Origin: Pseudomonadota bacterium
Lineage (GTDB): Bacteria > Pseudomonadota > Alphaproteobacteria > Rhizobiales > Rhizobiaceae
Length of the DNA: 64,000 nucleotides
Assembly (NCBI GenBank): GCA_039180085.1
Contig: JBCDDX010000017.1
Location: 4,117-68,116 of the forward strand
Reading direction: 5' to 3'
Below are positions 45,050 through 55,049 of the stretch, piece by piece. The notes under the pieces were generated by a model. It had not been told where the DNA came from. It worked only from the letters and a program-made list of their open reading frames with translations, and made no database searches. Position 1 is the stretch's first letter. The number at the start of each line of letters is the position of its first letter. The translations under genes were made by a program, and so were the position numbers.

Positions 45050-45873
45050 TGGAACCTGATCTGCATTTTCATGGCCTTCTCTCGCCTACTACGCAGCCCG
45101 TAACGGCGTTCGAACCTGCCGCCCTCTTCAGCGGCGGTGAAAATGGCGTGGTGCTTGACATCTCCAGTCCGACCACCCTGCTGGAAGAACTGTCTTTGCC
45201 GCAGACAGTGTCCTTATCGGGCCAACCGGTGGGGACGGTTCTGGACCAGTCCGGCAATGGCAATGATATGGCGGCTTATGCGTTGACTGCGCGCCCGCAG
45301 CTGACTGTCGGACCAGGCGGAGAACGAGCGCTTGTGTTTGACGGTTCCAACGACATGATTTCATGTCCCATCAGCTTCCTTGCCAATTCACCAAACGCCA
45401 CCGTTCTGATCGCCTTTCAGGGCAATCAGTCTGCCGGATCGCAATATCTGGTGGCTGAAGGCGCCATGAATACGGGTCAGATGACCGCGTTGTTTACGCC
45501 CGTTCGAGCAACGGGCGGGGAAAATATTCTGCGTCCCTATGTTCGCACGGATGCCGGGTCAGTTTTGGTCAACAACGAGAATATCGGTATCGACTGGCAC
45601 GTATCGTCGCCTGCTGTCGTTGGTATTGTGTTGGAAAATGGTTTGACTCAAGGATTCCAGAACGGCGTGCCAATGGCGCCACAATTCCAACACACTTGGC
45701 AGTCGATTGATGTGATGAACAGTTTCTGTCTGGGTGGAACGTTCCGGAACACGCCGAGTCTTTTCTCGATGGCCAGCGTTTACGGATTGATTGCGATCGA
45801 CCGGGCGTTGACACAAAGCGAACTTGCAGACGCGACATCATGGCTGGCACAGCGTGCAGGTATCTCGGTTTAG
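45046..45873 (+). CDS. phage/GTA-type LamG/ConA-like fibre or adhesin
   Basis: FEPAALFSGGENG...GQPVGTVLDQSGNGND...RPQL...LVFDGSND, and ending IAIDRALT..E.....WLA; ATGA-coupled to the DUF2793 gene; no signal peptide. Confidence 0.6.
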   Translation: MMEPDLHFHGLLSPTTQPVTAFEPAALFSGGENGVVLDISSPTTLLEELSLPQTVSLSGQPVGTVLDQSGNGNDMAAYALTARPQLTVGPGGERALVFDGSNDMISCPISFLANSPNATVLIAFQGNQSAGSQYLVAEGAMNTGQMTALFTPVRATGGENILRPYVRTDAGSVLVNNENIGIDWHVSSPAVVGIVLENGLTQGFQNGVPMAPQFQHTWQSIDVMNSFCLGGTFRNTPSLFSMASVYGLIAIDRALTQSELADATSWLAQRAGISV

Positions 45874-45955
45874 ATTGATAACCGGGACCCAAAAATTGCA
45901 AAGAGAGCCGTGCTCATCAGAGGATGCGTGCGGCTCGCTGTGAATGAAACGGATG

Positions 45956-47014
45956 TCAGTTTGACGCGCGTCTGCCTTCCAGTGCGTCCTTTATGACTTC
46001 GTCAAAACGAAGCCGTTCGGACAGCATTCTTTCTGCTATGGATGGATTGAGAGGCTGTTGTTCGCGCAAGTTACCAAGTTTGCGGAGCGTTTCGGCCAAT
46101 GCCGTGGGGTCGGTGTTTTCAACGGCGATATGAGCAGCGCTAAACTGTTCGGCAATGGACTCGATGGTGGAGTGTTTGCGCAAGATTGCCGGCACCTGCC
46201 ACTGCATGGCACGACCGAAAATGCCTGAAGCCTGATCATAGTCAGGTGCATAGCAGCACCAGATGAAATGCGCAGCGGCGTACAGATTTTCGAGTTCCTC
46301 GTCTGTGATCCGTCTATCGATCAGGTGCCCACCGGCTTCTTGAAACGTTTCAGCGAGAGGCTCGCACCCCTTCTCGACACTTCCAGCACATACGACAAAG
46401 AGTGTTTTCTGCAAGTCGGGTGCAGTAGCCATCGCTTTGGTGAGATAGGAGAAGCCTTTTATTTTCGTCAGAGAGCCCGGAAAGCACAGAATAACGCGCC
46501 CACCGGCTTGTGCCGTTAATTCGTGTGCGAGATCGCCCTTTGCTGGTGGTCGGATGACATCACCAGCCAACATGTCGAAATACTGAGGGTCCAGAATGCC
46601 GCGATGCGCGACTTTTTCTAAACGCGGATCTGCTTTAAATGGTGTGATGGTAATGAGCTGTAATTTGGGAATCAGCCGCATCGTCTGAAACAACATTCGC
46701 TTGAGGCGATAAATGCGTTTTCCCGTTTCAAAGCATTTCTGCGGGCGCAGGAAAAGCGCTGCGGTTGGTTTGAAAAGCAGGGTTCGCAAAATGACGATGA
46801 CAATGAACCAGAGGATGTCATCGTCCAGCGTTGCAAATAACAGTTTCCGCGCGCGCGCCATTTGGATGAGCAGGGAAACCGACATCGCGCCATGAACCGG
46901 TGTCAATGCGAACCGTGTCGCAAAGAAGTCGAGATAGGATTGGCGATGGCCGGATGGGTTGACCGCATAAACAAGGTCACGTTTGTCCCCGGTATTGGTG
47001 CCTAACGCGTTCAT
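45956..47014 (-). CDS. putative glycosyltransferase (GT-B-like)
   Basis: SGH motif near the N-terminus; GSLTKIKGF, LYAAAHFIWCCY...ASGIFGRA; inside the polysaccharide operon. Confidence 0.6.
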   Translation of the reverse strand: MNALGTNTGDKRDLVYAVNPSGHRQSYLDFFATRFALTPVHGAMSVSLLIQMARARKLLFATLDDDILWFIVIVILRTLLFKPTAALFLRPQKCFETGKRIYRLKRMLFQTMRLIPKLQLITITPFKADPRLEKVAHRGILDPQYFDMLAGDVIRPPAKGDLAHELTAQAGGRVILCFPGSLTKIKGFSYLTKAMATAPDLQKTLFVVCAGSVEKGCEPLAETFQEAGGHLIDRRITDEELENLYAAAHFIWCCYAPDYDQASGIFGRAMQWQVPAILRKHSTIESIAEQFSAAHIAVENTDPTALAETLRKLGNLREQQPLNPSIAERMLSERLRFDEVIKDALEGRRASN

Positions 47015-47165
47015 TAAACGGGCCGCAATCCGGGTGCTTTGGCAACATGACGGCCACGATCCTGAAGGGCGCGGCTTGTTTTCCTGCTCGGGCGTGTTCG
47101 TTGAGACGTGCTGGCTTGAAAGCCATCCAGAACACATTGGGAGGAAGTGGGACGTCTTTCGAAGA

Positions 47166-48311
47166 TCACGCGTTCACCACAGTCAGGACATCATCCCACA
47201 TGGAAAGGGCATCTTTCTTGATCTTTACTGCCGCCGTTTTCAATTCTTTCGCTTGCTGCGTGCGCGCGCGTTTGTCTGTGACGATGTGAAGTGTTTTCTG
47301 CAGTTCGGCTTGTTCAATGCCCGGGCTGATCAAGGCTTCGGGGCAGCTATAATCGTCAAACAGCATCTCATATTTGTGGCTCCAGCTTGTCCCAATAGCT
47401 GGAATGCCCTGAGACAGGGCGCTGACCAATGCATGATAGCGGCTTGCCAAAACAGCATCGCAATTGGCAATGATCGACTTCGCCGCAAGCGCATCGCGCG
47501 GAAACTCGATCTTCAGTGGCGACTGAAGACGATCATTGATCTGCAAAGCAAGTTCACGGTCCTGCTCGCCTTCGTGGATGAGGAAGAACGGATTGACACC
47601 CGCGGCCTGCAAAATCTCGATGCTGGACATCATCAAGGGGAGATAGCGGTCGCTGCTGGCACCCCTGTTTTTGTCGATCATGCGCGCATTTGGAACGATC
47701 GCGACGCCGCCATCGATATCGCTTCCGGCACCAGATGCGCTGTGATCAAGCAGGTTGGTAAAGTCCGGCGCGAGCCTTATGTGATCTTGGTGGCCTGCAA
47801 TGTCTGTCAGATGTTGCAGTGAGACCTTGTCGCGCGCGAAGATCAGGGATGCATGCTCACACACGCTCGCCATGGCTTCGCGAATTTCCGGCGACGTGAA
47901 CGGGCCGAAAGCCTGAGGCAGCATGATCAGCTTTTTGCCGTTGCGGGACCAGTCTTTCGCGCGTTTGGCCAGATCGATTGCCGGGTTTGCGGTCCACTGA
48001 TCGGAATAGGCGAAGCCTGCGGCGTCGAGAACGATGTCAACCTCGCTGTCGGTGATGAAACCGTAACGTCGCCGGATGCGCTGGGGCAGCATTTTCAGAA
48101 CCTGACCGAGATCAAAACCATAGCGGCGGATTTCCGCCCGGTGCCAGAGGCCATATCTAATACGGTCTGCAAATTCGGTCGTGTGGTCTGGCGTTATGAC
48201 CGGTATTGAGCCCGGCAGCGTCTCCTCAAGTTTCTGCACTACCGTTATCAACATCATGGCCGCGCCCTTGTTCACGAAACCGGCTCTTCGAATCTCAAAG
48301 GTTTTGTTCAT
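47166..48311 (-). CDS. polysaccharide pyruvyl transferase (WcaK/AmsJ-like)
   Basis: NKGAAMM, DAAGFAYSDQW, LPQAFGPF, IFARDKVS, APD, SRYHALVSAL, WSHKY. Confidence 0.88.
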   Translation of the reverse strand: MNKTFEIRRAGFVNKGAAMMLITVVQKLEETLPGSIPVITPDHTTEFADRIRYGLWHRAEIRRYGFDLGQVLKMLPQRIRRRYGFITDSEVDIVLDAAGFAYSDQWTANPAIDLAKRAKDWSRNGKKLIMLPQAFGPFTSPEIREAMASVCEHASLIFARDKVSLQHLTDIAGHQDHIRLAPDFTNLLDHSASGAGSDIDGGVAIVPNARMIDKNRGASSDRYLPLMMSSIEILQAAGVNPFFLIHEGEQDRELALQINDRLQSPLKIEFPRDALAAKSIIANCDAVLASRYHALVSALSQGIPAIGTSWSHKYEMLFDDYSCPEALISPGIEQAELQKTLHIVTDKRARTQQAKELKTAAVKIKKDALSMWDDVLTVVNA

Positions 48312-49414
48312 CGGTTGATCGGCACCTTCCGGGTTTTCAAAAGCACGTTTGTCCCTTTCTTTTGAGAATAGGGTATTTCGCCATCGGGGTCCGCCACACC
48401 AACCGCCAGGAGCATGATGGTGCGTTCATGTTTTTCCAGCCCCAAAGCTGACTGCATTTCACGTTCTCGGCTTTCGATGTCAGGCCAGTTGATGGAACAT
48501 GTCGACAGGCTCTTGGTTTGCAGCGCCAGCATGAGCTGCATGGAAGCGGACGAGGCATCAATATAGATCAGATGGCGGTCACGTTCTTCGGGATAGCATG
48601 AAAGGTCACCAATGATGACGATAAGGCAGGGAATGTTGTCGGCAAAGCCGCCGGTGCCACCTGCCAGTTTGGCAAGGCGCGTCGCTTCCTGCGGGTCATC
48701 GGCGATGTAAAAAGAGTATGGTTGGCGATTGCAGGCCGAAGGCGCGGTTGACGCAATTTCGATACAGGCTTCGATATCTGCCCGGTTGACCCGTTCGTCC
48801 CGATACCAGCGCACGGACCGGCGTTGCGCGGTCAGGGTTTTGAATTCATCAAAAGTGATCGTTGACTGCGGGCGCGCATCGCTGGGGTAGGGGGTGCTTG
48901 GGTCGCTGGACTTCTGGTATTCAATGGCTGAAAACCTTTGCCTGGCGGGGGCGATTTTCGGGCTGTCTGAGACGACTGAGAAATAGTCGCTCAGAACGTC
49001 GCCGGCCCATTTGTATTCTTCATTGTCGAGCTTTCCGGCGTCCGATGCGCGGTCGAAGAGACTGACCGTTTCCGCGATATAGTCTTCCGCAAACACCGGT
49101 CGCCTGGGGCGCATGATGAGCCCTTTTTCCAGACGGTGAATGTTGCGCCGCAGATTGCTGGAACTGGCCTGTTGGGCGATGTCGGAGCGCCTGTAGGCCG
49201 CCTTTCCTTTGAGCACGGCCTGCTGCTCGCGGCGAAAATAGGTACTCAGAAACGTGTAATACAGTGATGATGTGAACCCGGAAACACTTGCCGGGCCCGC
49301 GAGACGGTTTTGAAAACGTCTGACGCCAATGCGCCACACAATCTGGCTCGTGCTTACAGGGTTCCTGGCGAGACGCTTTACCAGATGAGCAACGCGCGAG
49401 ATGACGTCAGACAT
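48308..49414 (-). CDS. nitroreductase-family flavoprotein
   Basis: LRRNIHRLEKGL N-terminal domain; RRSVRWY, APSACNRQP, ERDRHLIYID; overlaps both neighbours. Confidence 0.85.
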   Translation of the reverse strand: MSDVISRVAHLVKRLARNPVSTSQIVWRIGVRRFQNRLAGPASVSGFTSSLYYTFLSTYFRREQQAVLKGKAAYRRSDIAQQASSSNLRRNIHRLEKGLIMRPRRPVFAEDYIAETVSLFDRASDAGKLDNEEYKWAGDVLSDYFSVVSDSPKIAPARQRFSAIEYQKSSDPSTPYPSDARPQSTITFDEFKTLTAQRRSVRWYRDERVNRADIEACIEIASTAPSACNRQPYSFYIADDPQEATRLAKLAGGTGGFADNIPCLIVIIGDLSCYPEERDRHLIYIDASSASMQLMLALQTKSLSTCSINWPDIESREREMQSALGLEKHERTIMLLAVGVADPDGEIPYSQKKGTNVLLKTRKVPINR

Positions 49415-50735
49415 GCAATGCCTCCCGCCGGTTGAAGGCGATGGCAAGGCACTGCGCCGCCCCGCGCCAAGGCATGACCAGGGCGCGTGTCATCATAAAG
49501 AACAGAGGGCGTGTCTTAGAGGAAAACAGGAGCATTGCGAATGAAGCGGCTGCGTAGGAAAACACCGTTGCGTATCCGGCTCCTATACCACCAAACTGGG
49601 GTATCAAGACAAGATTGAGACCAACATTGATCAGCGCACCGGCGCCCTGGGTGATCAGTGAAAAACGTGCGAGCTTTTCAATCAGGATCCAGCGGCTGAA
49701 TGCATAGCGCATAAAAATGAAGGGCAGGGCGAAAACCTGAATCAGAAAAACGGAAATGGATGGCGTATAAGCCTCGCCGAACAGCAAGCTTATTGCCCAT
49801 GGTCCAACAATCAATGATGCTACCAGAACACCCAGACCCATGAATGCCAGAAGGTCAAAAACCGCCTGAAGCCGGTTGCGAAACTCGCCCTCATCGTCTT
49901 TGCGCAGCTTTATGAGACCGGGGAACAGCGAGGCAACGATTGCAGCTGGAACAAAGTACGTCACTTCGGACAGTTTCGCAGCAACCGCATATGTGCCCAC
50001 TTCGTCCGCGCCGGATATCCAGCGAAGCATGACCTGATCGATCCTCAGATAGATGGTGGCGAATATCGACCCTGCAAAGACCATCCATGATTCCGACAAA
50101 AGGCGCTTGGCGGTTGCGCCTGAAAATTTCCAGTCAGACAGGGGAAGCCCTTCCTGTTTGCGATAGAAAAGATAGAGGATTACAGCGACCAGTGCGGCCT
50201 CTGCGGCAGTCATTGCGCCGATGAAAATCACCGACACGCCATAAGCCACCATGAGCAGTTTGGATGCAGCGCTGATCAGAGCACTGATCACAACGCTCCA
50301 GACAACGAACTTGGCGCGCACAAGCGCGTGGAACCAGTTTTTCAGGAGCGAAAACGGTGCGACTGCAACAAAAGCAGCAGCGCAGATAATCAGCCAGAAC
50401 TCATTGCTTCCCGTTGGTGCTGCCGCAAATGCATAGAGCGCCAGCGCCGCCGCAGCGAGCCAGTAGGCCACCAGTTTCATTCTGAAAACGGTGCCGAGTA
50501 TCACGGCCGGTTCCTGTTCCTTTGAGACAAGCTCGCGGACGATCAGGCCATCAAGTCCCAAATGGCCGGCAATCGCGAACAGGGTTCCCAAGGATAGCGC
50601 GTAGGACAGCAATCCAAAATCCGATGGTCCGAGATAGCGGGCGACGATGGGCAAAACCGCAAGCGCAATAAGACTGACAAACACCCGCTCGAAAATCAGC
50701 CATGCGGAATTGGACAGAAAACCGGACGGTTTCAT
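49407..50735 (-). CDS. wzx: Wzx flippase
   Basis: VARYLGPSDFG, IYLRIDQVML...VGTYAVA, NVGLNLVLIPQFGGIGA. Confidence 0.9.
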   Translation of the reverse strand: MKPSGFLSNSAWLIFERVFVSLIALAVLPIVARYLGPSDFGLLSYALSLGTLFAIAGHLGLDGLIVRELVSKEQEPAVILGTVFRMKLVAYWLAAAALALYAFAAAPTGSNEFWLIICAAAFVAVAPFSLLKNWFHALVRAKFVVWSVVISALISAASKLLMVAYGVSVIFIGAMTAAEAALVAVILYLFYRKQEGLPLSDWKFSGATAKRLLSESWMVFAGSIFATIYLRIDQVMLRWISGADEVGTYAVAAKLSEVTYFVPAAIVASLFPGLIKLRKDDEGEFRNRLQAVFDLLAFMGLGVLVASLIVGPWAISLLFGEAYTPSISVFLIQVFALPFIFMRYAFSRWILIEKLARFSLITQGAGALINVGLNLVLIPQFGGIGAGYATVFSYAAASFAMLLFSSKTRPLFFMMTRALVMPWRGAAQCLAIAFNRREALHV

Positions 50736-50889
50736 GATGTATCACGACGCTTGTGGGCGAGGGTTCTGACCGACAAAGGATGTTGTCCTTTCAGTGATCT
50801 GATGATCTGTGCAGACACTTTTTTCAATGCGGCCATTTCATTCAATGACAGCTTAGCGGTTCCCGTGAGCGGCCTCATTATGCTGTGTA

Positions 50890-52059
50890 TCACCTGGAAT
50901 CTATAAGTGTCCTGAAAAGCGAGGCTGTTTTTGCGACATTGGTTTGTGCATCAAAATTGGATTTTGCATGTGCGATTGTTTTCGCTTCCATTTCCTGCAC
51001 AGCATTCGGCTCGCAGAGCTTGTTAACAGCATCTATGAATGACTTTTGATCAGTGATCTCGAATACAAACCCGGTCTCGCCTTCCACAACCAGCTCGGTC
51101 AGATTTGGCAAGTTGGTCACCATTGATGGCTTGCCCATAACGGCGCCTTCAAGAACACTTCGGGCGCTGTGTGTTTTGAGAAATGGCACGAAGATCACGT
51201 CTCCAAAGTCGATCAACGACGCGACGTCATCGGTGAAGGGAAGCGCAACGCATCTTGGTGATGCGTTGATCTCTTTCTCGACGCTCAACTCATAGTCGTG
51301 GGGATTTTCCCTGAAGCCTGCGAACGCAAATTTTGCCCTTGGATCCAGGCTACTGTCAGTTTGATTGATCAAATCGATAGCAGCTTTCACGCCATTGTCA
51401 GGCACGATCCTCGCCATGTAGACGAACACGATATCGTTTTCGTCCCAGCCCGCCTGTTTGCGCATATCGCGTCGCGCATTGGGTTGAGGAACGAGGCTTT
51501 CGGGCTCGATGAAGTTGTAAATGACATGCTGCCGGGCGGGCTCGACATTCACGGTGTCCAACCCAGCCTGATCGATGCCTATAAACGCGTTCATTTTAAC
51601 TTTGTTAAGCCAGGCCAGAAACTGGCCCCACCAGTTCTGTAGCAGAGGCTCCCTCACGTGGGCGACCACGGGTGTTTTGCGTGAGGCAAAATGGACGCCC
51701 CATCCAACAGCAGCCAGGGATGTTGAATTGATGTGAACCAGGTGAGGTTTTAGACGTCTCGCAATTGTCCATAAAGTCCAGGCCGTCAAAGGAAAGGACA
51801 ATAGGGCGTACATGCGTTCGCGCAGAGTGTGGTTCGGAACAGCATTGGAGCCGTGAAAGGGGCGCAGATGTTGCTCTTCAAGAACCGTCGCACCAGCCTT
51901 GACGAACAATTCTCGCGTCCATGAATTTCCCGGACGTCTGGGAATGATAACGAAAGATTCGAACTCTCTCTTGTCCAGTCCTCTGATGAGGAATGCGAGA
52001 CTTATTGGTGCCCCGCCTTGTTGGGTTGCGTGATGAACAAAGAGCAATCGTTTTTTCAT
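50890..52059 (-). CDS. GT4 glycosyltransferase
   Basis: GGAPISL, HLVHINS, HVRE, RSVLEGAVMGKP, ELVVEGETG. Confidence 0.82.
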   Translation of the reverse strand: MKKRLLFVHHATQQGGAPISLAFLIRGLDKREFESFVIIPRRPGNSWTRELFVKAGATVLEEQHLRPFHGSNAVPNHTLRERMYALLSFPLTAWTLWTIARRLKPHLVHINSTSLAAVGWGVHFASRKTPVVAHVREPLLQNWWGQFLAWLNKVKMNAFIGIDQAGLDTVNVEPARQHVIYNFIEPESLVPQPNARRDMRKQAGWDENDIVFVYMARIVPDNGVKAAIDLINQTDSSLDPRAKFAFAGFRENPHDYELSVEKEINASPRCVALPFTDDVASLIDFGDVIFVPFLKTHSARSVLEGAVMGKPSMVTNLPNLTELVVEGETGFVFEITDQKSFIDAVNKLCEPNAVQEMEAKTIAHAKSNFDAQTNVAKTASLFRTLIDSR

Positions 52060-52060
52060 G

Positions 52061-53407
52061 CTATCGACCCGGTGTGTCTCGTGCTGGCGCAAAAAGACCC
52101 GCTGTCTGGGCACTTGGTATGTGATGTGATTGGCTCAGAGGTCGCATGGTGTGATGTCTGGCCTGATACCAGAAAACGATGACCATTGTTGAGGAAACCC
52201 AGAATGTGGTTGATCCCCAAAGGTTGCCGCTGAACAGGCCGCTCAAGCTGTCTTTGAAAAAGATGATGGCACAAAAAACTGCGAATACCGGATATTGACG
52301 GCTTCGGACAATTGAGACTGCAGCCTTTGTCGCGAAGATCAAATGCAGGATGAAGGGGATCGTACCCAGTAGCCCAACGGCCATGAGGGATTCCATGTAA
52401 ATGTTATGCGGGTAGAAATTCACGCTCTGTTCAACTGCATACCGACCGATGAGTATGTTGTCTTTGAACTGCTCCCAAGACCCCCAGAATGCCTTGTACC
52501 GCAAATAGGTTGCCACATCGTCGTCGATGTTTGTCTGTTGTAGTCGGGTTATGACGATGTCGTATATTTCCTCGCTGTAAAATATCAGCAAGAGACTGGT
52601 AATGCCTGTCAGGCCAATCGTGACCAGAATACGCCGGCCGCCACGCAACAGCATAACGTAAATCAGAATGGCAATCGCGCCGGTGACATATGCACCGCGG
52701 GAGCGAGCATAAAGCACGACCGCCAGCATAAGCGGTATTATCAGCATTGCCTCGATAGACCAGCGTCTCGATTTTCCAAAAGCCACGATGAAGTAGAGCA
52801 CAAACCCGAACGCGGTATGCGCGAGAGAAATGGGGTTGATTTTTTCGAGCGTCATGCGCCTTTCTGAGGTTTCCAGCAGAACATCAAGATTGAGGCCAAG
52901 CCCCGCCAGAAAAAGCCCCGCCAGCAATAGCATGGCCATATGAAAATGGTTGTCATTGAAATGACTGAGCCGGGTTGATAGCAAAACGAGGGGCAAAATC
53001 GTGCTGATGAAATAGACCGGAAAGACCGTTTGTGGACCAGGAGAAACCCACACGCCGGAAATGAAGATGTTCTCCAGCAACCGCATGCCATAAAGTGAGA
53101 AGAAGATCATGACGGGCAGCAGGTGCATGCTGCGTCGTTGGAGAACCGAGTTGCTGGTCAAAATGACACTGACACAAACCAGTCCGGCCAGCCCGGCGCG
53201 GATTAAAATACCGCCCAGATTGCTGTCTGGCAAAAACACATTGGCGTATGTCGCGAATGTGTAATAGCCGAGCATGGAGGCAACCAGAGCGGTGCTTGGC
53301 GACAGAAGCGCGTTGATCCAACGGTTCACGAATGCCGTTGTAACCGAAGGTGGCCGCCGCCCGGCCCGGCGCGGCTGATACATCGATTGTGAGACATCAT
53401 TGACCAC
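52061..53407 (-). CDS. O-antigen polymerase/ligase-like membrane protein (probable Wzy)
   Basis: About 11 TMs; INPISL, ARSRGA, YPHNIYMESLMAVG; lies among the repeat-unit genes. Confidence 0.72.
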   Translation of the reverse strand: MVNDVSQSMYQPRRAGRRPPSVTTAFVNRWINALLSPSTALVASMLGYYTFATYANVFLPDSNLGGILIRAGLAGLVCVSVILTSNSVLQRRSMHLLPVMIFFSLYGMRLLENIFISGVWVSPGPQTVFPVYFISTILPLVLLSTRLSHFNDNHFHMAMLLLAGLFLAGLGLNLDVLLETSERRMTLEKINPISLAHTAFGFVLYFIVAFGKSRRWSIEAMLIIPLMLAVVLYARSRGAYVTGAIAILIYVMLLRGGRRILVTIGLTGITSLLLIFYSEEIYDIVITRLQQTNIDDDVATYLRYKAFWGSWEQFKDNILIGRYAVEQSVNFYPHNIYMESLMAVGLLGTIPFILHLIFATKAAVSIVRSRQYPVFAVFCAIIFFKDSLSGLFSGNLWGSTTFWVSSTMVIVFWYQARHHTMRPLSQSHHIPSAQTAGLFAPARDTPGR

Positions 53408-53527
53408 GCGGTTTATCAGCCTTCCTTATGGATGAAGGGGAGACTCGCTCCCAATGGTAAAATAGGTGCAAAGGCACCGACGCCTGTGACCGCCCTTGGC
53501 GATTGTATCATTTGATTGAAAATGCCT

Positions 53528-54904
53528 CTAGGCGATGAATATTCGGTCTCTGTTTGCTGTGACGTGTCTGGTTGCGTTGCGAGTGTCGACGATCACTTCG
53601 CAATTGGAAACCAACAAATCCCAGTCGATACCTGTGTGATTGGCGCAGACTACAGCGACATCAAAGTCTTTTATCGTTTCGGAAGTCAGCGGTACGGATG
53701 ACATTGTCTCGATGCCATGATCGCTAAACTCAGCGATGAATGGATCATGATAACTGACGCGGCACTTGCGACCCTGAAAAGCCCTGATGATGGGCATTGC
53801 AGGGCTTTCGCGCCAATCATCGACATTGGCCTTATAGGCCACTCCGACAATGAGAACTCTTGCGTCGCGCAAGCCGCGACCGTGAACCGTGTCGAGGGCC
53901 AAAGCCGTCTTTTCAACGATATAGTCACGCATCCGGTGATTGATATCGCCGGCATGCTCGATGAAACTGGATGTCTTGCCGTACTCGCGGGCTTTCCATG
54001 TCAAATAGAAGGGATCGACCGGTATGCAGTGCCCGCCCCAGCCGGGGCCGGGATAAAAGGGCATGAAGCCGAACGGTTTTGTTTTCGCGGCTTCCACAAC
54101 CTCCCACATGTCGATGCCCATAGGGTCCAGAACCATTTTCAGTTCGTTGACGAGACCGACATTGACGCAACGAAAAATATTCTCAAACAGTTTGGCGGCT
54201 TCCGCAACGCGAGCCGACGACACGGGGACAACCTGCTTGATGAAGCGCTCATAAACCTGAGTTGCAAGTTGTGTGGAACGAGGATCGACGCCGCCCACGA
54301 CCTTCGGAATTGTGCTGGTTGAAAAGTCGAGATTGCCCGGATCTTCGCGCTCGGGCGAATAGGCCAGGTAAAAATCCTCGCCGCAACTCAACCCGCTTTC
54401 TGCTTCCAGAATTCCGGCAACCAGCTCTTCCGTGGTGCCCGGATAGGTCGTGCTTTCCAGGACAATCAACTGACCTTTTTGCAGATTTTTTCCGATGGCG
54501 GTCGTAGCAATCTGAACGAAACTGAGGTCCGGTTCCCGATTGGCGTTGAGTGGTGTGGGCACGCATATAAGCACCGCATCGCATTCCTGGATGCGGGTCA
54601 GGTCGGTTGTTGTGTTGAAAAACGCATTCTTGGCATAATTGCCAATTGTCTCATCGCTTATCGTTTTTAGATAGCTCTGCCCGGCATCCAGCATGCGAAC
54701 CCGGTTCTCATCAACGTCAAAGCCGATGGCTTTGGTCTCGCTGTCCGCTATCGCCATCAGCAGCGGCACACCAACATAGCCAAGGCCAAGGACGCCAATG
54801 GTTTCGACCCGGGCTATTGCGGCGTCGGAATCATGCGAGAAAGCGGATGGACTTTCGGACAACCCGGTTCCATCAACACGTTGTGTCGGTGCTGTCTTTT
54901 CCAT
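53528..54904 (-). CDS. UDP-N-acetylhexosamine 6-dehydrogenase (WbpA/WecC family)
   Basis: GLGYVG, ICVPTP, LESTTYPGTT, YSPEREDPGN, GGHCIPVDP, GVAYKANVDDWRESP. Confidence 0.9.
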   Translation of the reverse strand: MEKTAPTQRVDGTGLSESPSAFSHDSDAAIARVETIGVLGLGYVGVPLLMAIADSETKAIGFDVDENRVRMLDAGQSYLKTISDETIGNYAKNAFFNTTTDLTRIQECDAVLICVPTPLNANREPDLSFVQIATTAIGKNLQKGQLIVLESTTYPGTTEELVAGILEAESGLSCGEDFYLAYSPEREDPGNLDFSTSTIPKVVGGVDPRSTQLATQVYERFIKQVVPVSSARVAEAAKLFENIFRCVNVGLVNELKMVLDPMGIDMWEVVEAAKTKPFGFMPFYPGPGWGGHCIPVDPFYLTWKAREYGKTSSFIEHAGDINHRMRDYIVEKTALALDTVHGRGLRDARVLIVGVAYKANVDDWRESPAMPIIRAFQGRKCRVSYHDPFIAEFSDHGIETMSSVPLTSETIKDFDVAVVCANHTGIDWDLLVSNCEVIVDTRNATRHVTANRDRIFIA

Positions 54905-55049
54905 CTGGTCCGCTGGATACTCTTTTAATTTTGATGGTTTGAGCCGCTTAACGTAGCGTTTGCCTATCAGCAACCCAAGCTCGTGTTTTCATTGGTTTTC
55001 GTCACGATACAAAGACTGCATGACGCGCGGAAAATTCGGGCCCGATGGC

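Noticed and set aside
44014-45955. Prophage remnant
   Set aside because: Only two intact, coupled virion-accessory genes; no integrase, terminase, capsid, att repeats or decay is visible.
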